A stretch of DNA of 63,144 bases, counting the filler, from Gonapodya sp. JEL0774 (lineage: Eukaryota): assembly GCA_027604505.1 (NCBI GenBank). It is 47 parts of 47 records of this genome, joined end to end, with 100 filler letters (N's around TTAATTAATTAA, not from the genome) between each part and the next. Parts side by side here need not be neighbours in the genome. Positions count along the whole stretch, not along the records: positions 51,220 to 52,457 come from JADIIX010003536.1; positions 52,558 to 53,795 come from JADIIX010003537.1; positions 53,896 to 55,132 come from JADIIX010003538.1; positions 55,233 to 56,468 come from JADIIX010003539.1; positions 56,569 to 57,804 come from JADIIX010003540.1; positions 57,905 to 59,140 come from JADIIX010003541.1; positions 59,241 to 60,475 come from JADIIX010003542.1; positions 60,576 to 61,810 come from JADIIX010003543.1; 39 more parts are not named here. One strand, written 5' to 3'. Positions 51,220-61,910 of the stretch are shown in pieces. The position numbers were made by a program, and so were the translations under genes. The notes below the pieces were generated by a model that was not told the origin of the DNA, searched no databases, and worked only from the letters and a program-made list of their open reading frames with translations. Positions within the stretch are counted from its first letter, which is position 1. Every line of letters begins with the position of its first letter.

Positions 51220-52457
51220 GCCCTTCACCACACCCAGATTGACATACAGGCCTTTCCCCACACTCTATAGATTCCTGAGAACAACCAAACTTGACAGAAG
51301 CATATCCTTGCAAGATTTCACGATTGCTGATTGATTCTCTTCTGGGATCATTCTTTCCTAAGTATAGCTGTTTTAAAAATGGTTGGCCAGCCGCACAATT
51401 TTTGTGCTGCACTATCGTAATACATTGTAATTTCGACCTACAATTTCTCGCCCCCCAGCTGTGCAATCGCCCCGATTCAAAAGGAATTGAATTTAGATTA
51501 CGGTTTCGCTGCAAATTGGTGAGTCTCGTGACGGAATCGGTGGTGGGTGGGAAGTCCCCGGGATTACGAGGCGGCAACCCATCCAGGCAAAACCAGACCA
51601 CAGAACGGTCCGATTTTCTGGGAATCTACGCAATACACATAAAGAATTGTTGCCGTGAGTTTGCAGGTTGGAATCTTTCACGTTGGTGGTGGGGATTGTC
51701 GATATCTTGGATGTTGTGTGGAAATCGGGGCTGGGGACATCCTAGACCGTCATAAGCTTAGCAATGGGGGAGCAAAGGGACCAATTCTCCACGCAGATTT
51801 ATTACATTACAGTCTCAACAATGTAATCCAAAATGAATACATGGAGTATGGTATGAAATCTCCAAAACTTCCCGTTCCAAGCATCCACAGAAAACAGGGA
51901 ACCCCACACGCACCCACTTCCTGCTAACACAAAAATGATGGCGCGGAGATCATCTTATCGATTCTCGTCCTTTTGCGTCAACGGAAACATGGCTGCATTG
52001 GGAAATCCCCCCTCGTGGTGTCCATCACTTTGGAGGCCCTCTTCCTTGCCACCAACACCAGGAACTCACGCATCGCACTCGCGACAGCAATTCTAAATGT
52101 AGATCCACTGCATTCCCAGGGAATCAGCCCATTCTGCGTGTTGGTTGGACCTGAATGGGTTGTCGCTTCGTAGTCTGCGAACTTCCCACCCGCCAAGGAT
52201 TCCGTTGTGAGACACATCAAATTACAGCGCTATTGTAATTCAAACTCAGTTCCGTTTGAATTGGGTTGATTGCGCGGCGGGGGGGCGAGAAAACAGGTGT
52301 TCAAATTACGATGGTTTACAAAAGTGCAGCGCGAAAACTCTGCAGCTGGACAACCATTTTTAAAACAGCTGTAAGTAATGCCATGGCCTTGTGTTCCATT
52401 CAAGTATCTCAGTAACCAGTAGAATGCATCAACATGCTTCTTGCTTGGGTTGTCAAG
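51220..52457 (-). mobile_element. Ty1/copia pol remnant (RT C-terminus to RNase H start), interrupted
   Basis: 52457-52372 reads DNPSKKHVDAFYWLLRYLNGTQGHGITY and resumes after the insert as LGKND...ILQGYA. Confidence 0.8.
51365..52371. mobile_element. Non-autonomous DNA transposon with ~325-bp imperfect TIRs and TA target duplication (Tc1/mariner-like)
   Basis: Left TAGCTGTTTTAAAAATGGTTGG..., right ...CAACCATTTTTAAAACAGCTG; TA at 51363-64 and 52372-73; no internal ORF recognised. Confidence 0.85.
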
Positions 52458-52557
52458 NNNNNNNNNNNNNNNNNNNNNNNNNNNNNNNNNNNNNNNNNNN
52501 NTTAATTAATTAANNNNNNNNNNNNNNNNNNNNNNNNNNNNNNNNNNNNNNNNNNNN

Positions 52558-52864
52558 GAGCAGACATATCCAGGCTACAAGGTGAGCACACCACGGCTGG
52601 TACTTGCTCGGCAGAATCTGATTCTCGGCTGCCTTCTACATCGTGATCCCCTTCCTACGGCTCCTCGACAATTACCCGCCCATTGCTTCACTATTGCGTT
52701 CGTACTCCCAGTATTCCGAGTACATGCGTCGGGCCGGAGAGAAATCAACTCGCGCCCGAAGCGCTCGTAAGGCCACACGTGGTCGAAAGAACTCGAGGAA
52801 CGCTGTTGGGGATCCGATGGACGAAGACGAGGAAGATAACAGTATCATGGAAGCGGGTAACTGA
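52558..52864 (+). CDS. Protein C-terminus, possibly the end of an HMG box
   Basis: EQTYPGYK|YSEYMRR followed by basic then acidic tail; only the YPGYKY motif supports HMG. Confidence 0.3.
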
Positions 52865-53895
52865 AGACTAGAGTAATCATTGACAACACTGGTTTGAGAT
52901 GTGGGTGAGGTTCCTGGCGCTGTGGTAAATGTCCGGCACAGCGCTCACCTCGGCCTATCATGGAGCCACCTAATAGTGTGTCGGAATCGGAGCGAAACAG
53001 CGCCATATCTTTTTAATGTGTAAAATGTATTTTCTTCCTTTTCTTGAAAGATCAATGCATCGTGTACATTTCCTCTTCGTGGTATGTTTTGTGACGATTA
53101 CATGCGGACTAGAAGACGCATTGCAGTGCACCTTTTGAATTGCTCTGACATTTTCCACAGCGGAGAACATCCGCTAGAGTTGGTAGGTGTCTATTGATTC
53201 TCACAGCGCAACAAGTAACTGACTTGCATGAGCTTGCCAAAAATCGCATAATACCTATTACAAAGTCAATATACATTACATGAAGCTATATCCATAATAT
53301 CCAGCTATTACTAAAAATGTTATCGTACTCGAGAAGCTACTTGCTCTCCCGGACAGAGTCACATACACCCAGCAGTTACAGGCCGTAGTGCAAAATGAGA
53401 GTCGGGATCTCATTTGCGAGGAAAGACAACCGGGCTCACCCATCGCTAAACCTATTTGATTATGGTGATGAGTAATCACTGCTTCTGTCAGAGTGATACT
53501 TATCCTTCTGCTGTTGGCGCCAGCAACGGCACGTTGTACTCCATCACTGCCGCTCCGGGAAGATGCCTCACACGTCTAAGGAGGGCGCCGAGAGGCCCAT
53601 CATGCGAGTCGGGTGGGAAAACCTCGGTACCTTTCGAGGTAATGAGGACGTGTGTCGAGAGTGGGGGTTGAGGGTGGCGAAGGGGTGTTGGGGAGATGAT
53701 TGGGATGTCGCTACGAGGTATGTAGTGGGATTCGACGGGAGAAGCGCGACGAAGGGCAGAGCGTAATGATTTGTAACTACATCAAAATGAGTCCANNNNN
53801 NNNNNNNNNNNNNNNNNNNNNNNNNNNNNNNNNNNNNNNTTAATTAATTAANNNNNNNNNNNNNNNNNNNNNNNNNNNNNNNNNNNNNNNNNNNN

Positions 53896-54988
53896 CACCT
53901 CGACATCACCACCCCAGACTGCCGTCTTCTCTAAGCTATCACAGTACGCCGCATAGTCAGCTGTATTCAACGAAAGGTCAATTGTCTGGAATGAACATAA
54001 TTGTGACACAGCCATGATGCCCGAGAAAAGTACCATCATTCATGGACTCTCCATTCTGATTGGTAAGAAACGGTGCGAAATCATCTCTGTGCGCCCGTAA
54101 GTGGGCTGCGGTACGTCTTCGGAGATCGTTGTAAGACTATGTGAAATGCAATCCAAAAGTTGCAACGAGTAGGTGCTCTTGAATCTTCACGTCGGTCTTA
54201 ATTCGCTATCTCACCTCGCCACTTCCAAGTTGCCCTCCAATCGCTCTATATAAGCAATGACCATCCGCAGGTACATCCACCAGTTCCAGGCTTTGACGGG
54301 CCACAACATCACGTATGGTGTTCAGCTCCCGTTCTCGAAGATCCGGCATAGACTCGGCCTCAAGTGCCGCCTGTGCCCGCAAGGCTGAGATGTCTGCGGA
54401 TTTCTTCTCCTGATAAATTCGTCCCAGTGAGCAATGGAGTCGGAGAGTCCAGCCTTTTGAGAGGCACGTACTATGAGTACTAAGCCATGCGAACCTTTCT
54501 TTTCTGTTGTCGATTAGGTTTCTTTGTCTGTGCCACTGCTGGGGATGGTTGCTTTCCCAGAGCTAAAGAAGCAATGGCGTCGGCGAGAGTCTGAGTGAAA
54601 GGCAGACAAATGGTCGTGATGGAACCCCCGAAATGACCGCAAGCAAATACGGCAGACGATTGTTTACATTCTCGTCCTTCTCTGCAATGACTTCCACGGC
54701 ATCGATGCCAGCAGGTCCTTGCGGCTTCTCTTCTCCTCTCTCAGCTTGCTCCTGCTCCCGCTCATCCCAGGCGGCCCTCTCGGCAATTTGTCTCTGCTCC
54801 AAATCTTTTTCGAGTTGCTCGCACTGTTCCAGTGCTTCCTTCTTCTTGGTTTTGTCGCCCTTAGGAACAGCACGTTTGATCCCCGTCTGCAACGCGGTGA
54901 GATCTCTCAATTCTCGGCGATGTCGGGAGAGAAGGTCATCGAGTGTAGGCTCCAAATTTGCTGGTACTGTCGGAAGGGAAGGTGTCAT
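53896..54988 (-). CDS. OTU2: OTU-domain deubiquitinase (Otu2/OTUD6B), 5' part
   Basis: LLSRHRRELRDL...KKPNRQ..RK, VPADGHCLYRAI, LRRRTA.HLR.H.DDF.PFL, YC...TAVWGG.VE. Confidence 0.93.
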
Positions 54989-55232
54989 TTCAACGAAATG
55001 ATTGTTTCCTCTCTGGTTCGAAGCGGTTGAAAGGGTTGACGCGAACATCACGCTTCCCACAGAATCAGGAGTAAATCAAATAACTGTATCCCGCTTAGGC
55101 ACGTGATTAGAATTCAAACTGATTTCTTTGACNNNNNNNNNNNNNNNNNNNNNNNNNNNNNNNNNNNNNNNNNNNNTTAATTAATTAANNNNNNNNNNNN
55201 NNNNNNNNNNNNNNNNNNNNNNNNNNNNNNNN

Positions 55233-56468
55233 GAAGGCCTGACATCAATATCCAGTGCCAAAAATAGCCACTATGGGGAGACACTCAATCACTTCCGAGT
55301 GATCCTGCTCCTTGGAATCATCTCCAATTTCATTTCTGGGAGTTTTTAAGTACAGTATCTCATATATGGGCTATTCAATGCCAGTAGAATTCAAGGCCTG
55401 ACATTAATATCCAGTGCCAAAAATAGCCACTATGGTAAGACACTCTGACACTTCCGAGTGATCCTGCTCCCTGGAATCACCTCCAATTTCATTTCTGGGA
55501 GTTTTTCAGTACAGTAACTCATATATGGGCTATTCAATGACAGTAGAATTGAAGGCCTGACATCAATATCCAGTGCCAAAAATAGCCACTATGGGGAGAC
55601 ACTCAATCACTTCCGAGTGATCCTGCTCCTTGGAATCATCTCCAATTTCATTTCTGGGAGTTTTTAAGTACAGTAACTCATGTATGGGCTATTGAATGCC
55701 ACCAGTTTTGAAAGCCTGACATCAATATCCAGTGCCAAAAATAGCCACTATGGGAAGACACTCTGACACTTCCGAGTGATCCTGCTCCCTGGAATCATCT
55801 CCAATTTCATTTCTGGGAGTTTTTAAGTACAGTAACTCATGTATGGGCTATTGAATGCCACCAGAGTTGAAAGCCTGACATCAATATCCAGTGCCAAAAA
55901 TAGCCACTATGGGAAGACACTCTGACACTTGTGAGTGATCCTGCTCCCTGGAATCATCTCCAATTTCATTTCTGGGAGTTTTTAAGTACAGTAACTCATA
56001 TATGGGCTATTCAATACCAGTAGAATTCAAGGCCTGACATTAATATCCAGTGCCAAAAATAGCCACTATGGTAAGACACTCTGACACTTCCGAGTGATCC
56101 TGCTCCCTGGAATCACCTCCAATTTCATTTCTGGGAGTTTTTCAGTACAGTAACTCATATATGGGCTATTCAATGACAGTAGAATTGAAGGCCTGACATT
56201 AATATCCAGTGCCAAAAATAGCCACTATGGGAAGACACTCTGACACTTGTGAGTGATCCTGCTCCCTGGAATCATCTCCAATTTCATTTCTGGGAGTTTT
56301 TAAGTACAGTAACTCATATATGGGCTATTCAATGCCAGTAGAATTCAAGGCCTGACATTAATATCCAGTGCCAAAAATAGCCACTGTGGTAAGACACTCT
56401 GACACTTCCAAGTTATCCTGCTCAATGGAATCAAGTCCAAAGCCACTTCTACATTTTGCAGTATAGAA
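55233..56468. repeat. 159-bp satellite, ~7.7 copies, fills the contig
   Basis: CCTGACAT at 55238, 55397, 55556, 55715, 55874, 56033, 56192, 56351; no ORF in the track. Confidence 0.98.
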
Positions 56469-56568
56469 NNNNNNNNNNNNNNNNNNNNNNNNNNNNNNNN
56501 NNNNNNNNNNNNTTAATTAATTAANNNNNNNNNNNNNNNNNNNNNNNNNNNNNNNNNNNNNNNNNNNN

Positions 56569-57804
56569 GATCGGACACTCGCAGTAATGAATGCTTGTGA
56601 ATTGACTGTGAGCCCAGATTGGGACGAAGAGTCTTCGAGAGGAGGTTCATAGTCGCCTGTAAACCCGTGGTTATCTTGTCCTGGAGGATATGTGGATGCA
56701 CTGTACGTAGATTCTCCAGATTGCTTGACAGACATCTGCTTTGTTGTTTGGCTTCCGTGTCAACATCATTCGAATGCGAAATCATGGCGGCCAGCATCGA
56801 GAACGAGACAAAGATCCATCGAGGTAGGTTAGACACATGTTCAAGCACCGCAAATCAGTCAGTGTGGTTACGCACCTGCGTTGTCGCCTTTTTCTCCACA
56901 CCAAGAATCCGATCACCGAGAGTAATACCACGGCTCCAGCGACAGCTCCTGCCACCACCGCAATGCTCATGCCACCACTAGATACGCTGGGCGGTGGTGC
57001 CACCCCGCCACCCGCGGTCGAGGCCGAGTCTCCTCCACTAGAACCACCACCTGTTGCTCCCATTCCAGTGGATCCCGTGCCGATCCCTGCACCAGTGCTT
57101 CCAGAGCCTGCTACAGATGGCGGTGGCGGAGCGCTCCCTGAAGTACCAGTGTTGGCTCCAGCGGGAGGCGGGGGTGGCACTGCGGAAGTGTTGTTACACT
57201 CGTTGATCAATCCGGACAGGATGCAGCAGATGAGCATTACGTACCCGCAACGCCGTCTGCAGTGCAACATGTAGTAGTTGACCCTGCGCAGAGATTCTGT
57301 GCAGAAGTACACCGACAGGATCCTGATACGCACGAAAGGCTGCCTAGACAGATTGCAGTATCGCTACAAGCTGCACCAAAAACTACAGTGGGAAGTATGG
57401 CGGGAGGAGGAGTCGGATTGCCAGTACCAGTGGCTGGAGGTGAAGGGGGTGACTCCGGAGGCACCGCAGTGGGGGGAGGTGGTGTGGATGATGGAGGAAC
57501 AGAAGCGGGAGGTGGTGGTGCGGCAGGTGGGGGAGCAGTGGCCGGAGGTGGAGGAGTGACTACTGGCGGAGGAGGAGTGACCGCTGGGGGAGGGGGAGTT
57601 GCGGGAGGGGATGGAGCTGGCGGGGGAGGAGGAGGAGGTGTGGGTGGAGGTGGTGGTGGTGGAGGTGAGGGTGGAGGAGTGGTGTCGGGCGGTGGTGGTG
57701 GAGCAGGACATCCACCAACTAGACAAGTGCAGGTTGTACGACAGAGAGTGGTACCCTCTTCGCAGAATATTGGACAGATGGGTGCTCTTTCGAAAAGGAC
57801 GTGG
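56569..57804 (-). CDS. Single-pass surface protein with polyproline and Cys-rich ectodomain (fragment)
   Basis: CPIFCEEGTTLCRTTCTC, long PPP tract, CSDTAICLGSLSCVSGSCRC..LC....CC, Gly/Ser stalk, TM IAVVAGAVAGAVVLLSVIGFLVW followed by RKRR. Confidence 0.8.
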
Positions 57805-58237
57805 NNNNNNNNNNNNNNNNNNNNNNNNNNNNNNNNNNNNNNNNNNNNTTAATTAATTAANNNNNNNNNNNNNNNNNNNNNNNNNNNNNNNNNNNNNNNN
57901 NNNNAAATCATGATAGATCACTGACTGATGGGAACAAGCTTCGTTTCACTGGTCCATGATGGTCTCCGAACCGTTTCTGACCTCCAAAACGTCACTCCCT
58001 GCGGATACCCACAAGCAAATCCGAATGTCCAGTCATCTGCTGCTCTGAAGGTCATTGGACGAACGTGGAGAGGGTCGTGGATGGTGAAGAAACATTGGAG
58101 TGAATGCGGAGGCCGGAGGTCTGAGAAAGAACCGCTTAAAGGTGTCTCAGAGTGAGGTGAGTTACTTCCGGTGCTGTGTGGTGTTTCCTTTGACCTCTTT
58201 GCTTTGTTTGCTTTCTTGGCAGCAACGTCTGCGCTGC

Positions 58238-58874
58238 TTATGCCGTCAGAAGCAGAGCGTTCGAGCTGGAACTTCTGGGCAGGTCCGAACCTCCTGTGAC
58301 GTCGCCAAGTCCAGTCCTTCCTATGGCTCTCTGTAGCATCAAAGGTACGCCGTAAAGGAGGAGGGTAGACGCGAGAGTATGGACGTTGTGGCAGGTGAGG
58401 CAGCTGGTGACAATATCGTGAGGACCGCGGTGACTGACAGGGTAGGTAGTGTAATAGAATCGAACTGCGATGTATTTCACGTGTACTCAATACAATGTTC
58501 TTCTTTGAGAAACTACTTCAATCTGGGTGTCATGAAACGAGTCAAGCGCAGCTACTGACACATGAATTGACGCTCAAACTTCGAACGCACACCTTTGAGG
58601 CTTTGACCGGCATGTGATAGCTCGTCCGCCGTCTCATATTCATCCTGCTCACCATCCCAGTCTTCTTCCCCTTTGCACACACCTGTATCTTTGCCACTCC
58701 ACGCCCGTCTTGCTCCACTCCTAGAACCTTCCACCGTTCCTTGCACATCCAGCTCGTCGCCTCCTTCCTGGTCTTGAATTCTACCTTGTGTAGCTTGTTG
58801 GTTTCGTCTGCGGCTGGCGCCAACTGACCTTGGTGGTGCACGTCTACGCAGCTCTGGTGCCTGTGGCGAGGCAC
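58238..58874 (-). pseudogene. Possible degenerate EXD2-type HNH-like coding remnant
   Basis: YHMPVKASKVC, KKNIV and PHDIVTSCLTCH recall the EXD2 C-terminal region but lie in different frames. Confidence 0.3.
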
Positions 58875-59240
58875 TTCGAAGCTGCTGATGGGTGTTGGAG
58901 ATCCGTTTCTGCGAATTTGTCACCTGAAACAAGTATACAAAGTGCAACAAACGATTGATCAGCACAGCACACAGCCAGTCTCAATTCACAGACTCTCACC
59001 TTATCAGGGAAATCCTTCGTGATAGCAGCGTACAGCTGCGAAAAGTTGTTGGCGAGGTTTCCGTAGAGACGCTCAAACTCGGGAGCGGAGCCAGCGGCTT
59101 GGAAGTGGTTGTAGATAAGCGCGATTCTCTGAGATAGAGTNNNNNNNNNNNNNNNNNNNNNNNNNNNNNNNNNNNNNNNNNNNNTTAATTAATTAANNNN
59201 NNNNNNNNNNNNNNNNNNNNNNNNNNNNNNNNNNNNNNNN

Positions 59241-60374
59241 GTATTCAGTCTCCAAGATTTTGATTCCCTTTCTCAAGCATGTGCCATTGCGATTTCTCGG
59301 AGTAGCCGAATCAGCTGACATCCGAACAAGATTCCACAACGTGTTGGTTGAAACTCGAAAGCAGCTGAATGCTCAAGGCGAGAGAAGGACCGACATTCTG
59401 CAGATGATTTTGGACTACAGGGATGATAACGGAGACGGCATGGGCCCGGACGAAATCATGTCGGCCGTCAACGTATTTCGAGTTGCGGGATCAGAAACTA
59501 CAGCTAATTCAATGGCTTGGTTCGTATACCTTGTGCTCAAGAACCCACAGACTCTCGTGAAACTTCAGGAGGAACTTGATGCGGCGTTCCCAAAAGGGCT
59601 GCACAACGCTCTTGACCTTGAGACACTAAAATCTCTGCCTTACTTCAATGCTTGCTTATATGAGTCAATGAGATTGAAGCCAGTGGTACCAACTATTTGG
59701 AGGGAGGTTCCAGAAGATATGACACTGAAAGGGACATCACCAACCGGGATCGTAACCGAATACTGGATTCCTGCTGGGACCAAACTGAACGTACCGATCT
59801 ACTCCATTCACCGTTCGGCCAAAAGTAAGTTTCTCTCAGTCTTTTTCTTCTGTTATGCGTATGTCTTTCTGCCCTTTTTGAATTCGCTTTGGTGGCTGGG
59901 TTGGTTTAATCCAAGCAGTCTGGCTCCATGCTCTTGAATTCATTCCAGAACGCTGGATTCAGGATTCAAACTCAAACGTTGTAGAAGAGGAGGCTTGGGG
60001 TGTTCTTCCGGATCGTAACATCTCTCCAAAACACACCAAACCTTCTCAGTTTGAGGCAGTTTACGGAGAGCCAAAATTGCTTGCCAAGGACGGTGGTTTC
60101 ATTTCATTCTCATTAGGATCACGGTGAGTTGTTGAGCGTTTTGGTGTATCTCTCATGAATTGCTGTTGGACATTTTTCCCAACAACAATCCAGTGATTGT
60201 CTCGGAAGGAACTTCGCTTGGAATGAGATGAGAACCATTTTGGGCCATCTATTTCGGAGATTTGATCTGGAGCCACTCTTTGATCTGAGTACTGAAAAAT
60301 TAGGATCATCCTTTATTACTTTGGGAGTTGGAAAAGAAGGGATGCCTGTTAGAATGCGGGAGAGAGTGAATTGA
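59241..60374 (+). CDS. Cytochrome P450, C-terminal half
   Basis: AGSETTA (I-helix), ESMR (ExxR), FIPERW, FSLGSR.CLG heme motif split by an intron. Confidence 0.96.
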
Positions 60375-61217
60375 TTATCAAGGAAGTGGGGGACTACTCA
60401 GAAGTCTAACTCAAACCTCTCCTATCTACAACCCATCGTAATATATCGCTGATTGTCACTATTCCCTTCAACTTCNNNNNNNNNNNNNNNNNNNNNNNNN
60501 NNNNNNNNNNNNNNNNNNNTTAATTAATTAANNNNNNNNNNNNNNNNNNNNNNNNNNNNNNNNNNNNNNNNNNNNAGCCGCGAGGTATCCATCTGCTCCC
60601 TATCATATTCCACATCATGATCCACAACAGCACGGTTCGTCGTCGCAAATCGGGTTCGATCAAGGATCTCATCAGATTGGTATCAAATACCCTCGAGTAG
60701 TGTGGCGTCCAGATCTGAGCTCTAAGAGCAAAGTGGCTCTTTCGATGTAGACACAGTCCAATAGACACCCCCGGAGTTCTCAATCACAGAGCGGTATACA
60801 CGCGTGAATTCTCAAGTGGTCGCTGCAGCTCCACCCATCTGCACAAGTCAACTCAATCATCGCCTGCAAAGGCTCGTCACATCCTCCGAACTCTTTATGA
60901 TGGTTGCTGATCTAGAAATCCACCTATCAGGTCTTGTCGTTTGCCTGTGTCCCCTTCATCCAGCAAGCTATCAACGTCCGCCTTCAGTCTCCCTAATTGG
61001 TCGGAAATGGGGTCTGCCAACAGCCGACACACAACTCCGAGCTCCGCCCACAACCAGTGGATCATCACCTGTTTTCACACTCAGGGCGGTCAGAAATGAG
61101 GACTAGGGAGGACGTGTCCACCGAATGTCTGCGGTTAGCGACATGTCGGAATCCGCTAAAGGACCTAGTGGTACTTCTGCGCCTCTCTTGCGACTGCGGT
61201 CGCGGATTGGTGTGCCT

Positions 61218-61810
61218 TCACCCCACCTCCCCCTCGCCTTCCTTCCTTGTCCCCACCACCTCGTCCCACTCCACCCCCCATCTCCCTGCCACTTCCCTCC
61301 CCCACACTCCGTTCGCCATTTTTCCCATTTTCAAAAACGCCTCCATCGTGTACCGCGCATCATTACCCGCGTTGTGGAGCGCCACGGGGTCGTAAGGGAC
61401 GGCAAGGTGAGTGAGGAGAGTCGAGAGGCGCGGTGGATGTATCAACGCTGCAGGGGTCGAGGTGGCGGATGCAGACGTAGCAAGTAGCACCGCACGGGCC
61501 ATGACCTGCGTGTCCAGGACAGTTTTGGACTTGATGGGCACGCCAATGCGGCGAAGTAAAGTTTCGTCCGAGGATGCGGCATGGGCAACCAGATAATCGG
61601 CTTTAGCGATGGCGGCCTTGAGCTTCTTGACCAACGGCTTGAGCGAGAGGGTTGCGGTGGCGCCGAACGCGAAGGAGTCTCTGGCGTCCGCGACGTGGAT
61701 GCCGTTCCTCCACTGGGCATGTTCCGCTACAACGACGTGGTAGCTCTTTACGCCCCACTCTTGCTTTGACTCGGACCATGATGCGACGGTCCATCCGACT
61801 TCCGTAACGA
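61218..61810 (-). CDS. QIP/Gfd2-like DEDDh exonuclease, C-terminal part
   Basis: VTEVGW, RNG.HV.D.RD.FAFG, LVAHA..SD, VLDTQ, LHNAGNDARYT. Confidence 0.85.
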
Positions 61811-61910
61811 NNNNNNNNNNNNNNNNNNNNNNNNNNNNNNNNNNNNNNNNNNNNTTAATTAATTAANNNNNNNNNNNNNNNNNNNNNNNNNNNNNNNNNN
61901 NNNNNNNNNN

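Noticed and set aside
51549..51562. GGGAAGTCCCCGGG resembling the RNase MRP P4 strand
   Set aside because: It lies inside the left TIR and is not conserved in the right TIR.
55233..56468. CRISPR array, or a coding repeat (159 bp = 53 codons)
   Set aside because: Whole units repeat with no unique spacers; the frames I translated contain stops and the ORF track shows nothing here.
57262..57804. Plus-strand Gly-rich ORF
   Set aside because: Antisense shadow of the minus-strand polyproline gene.
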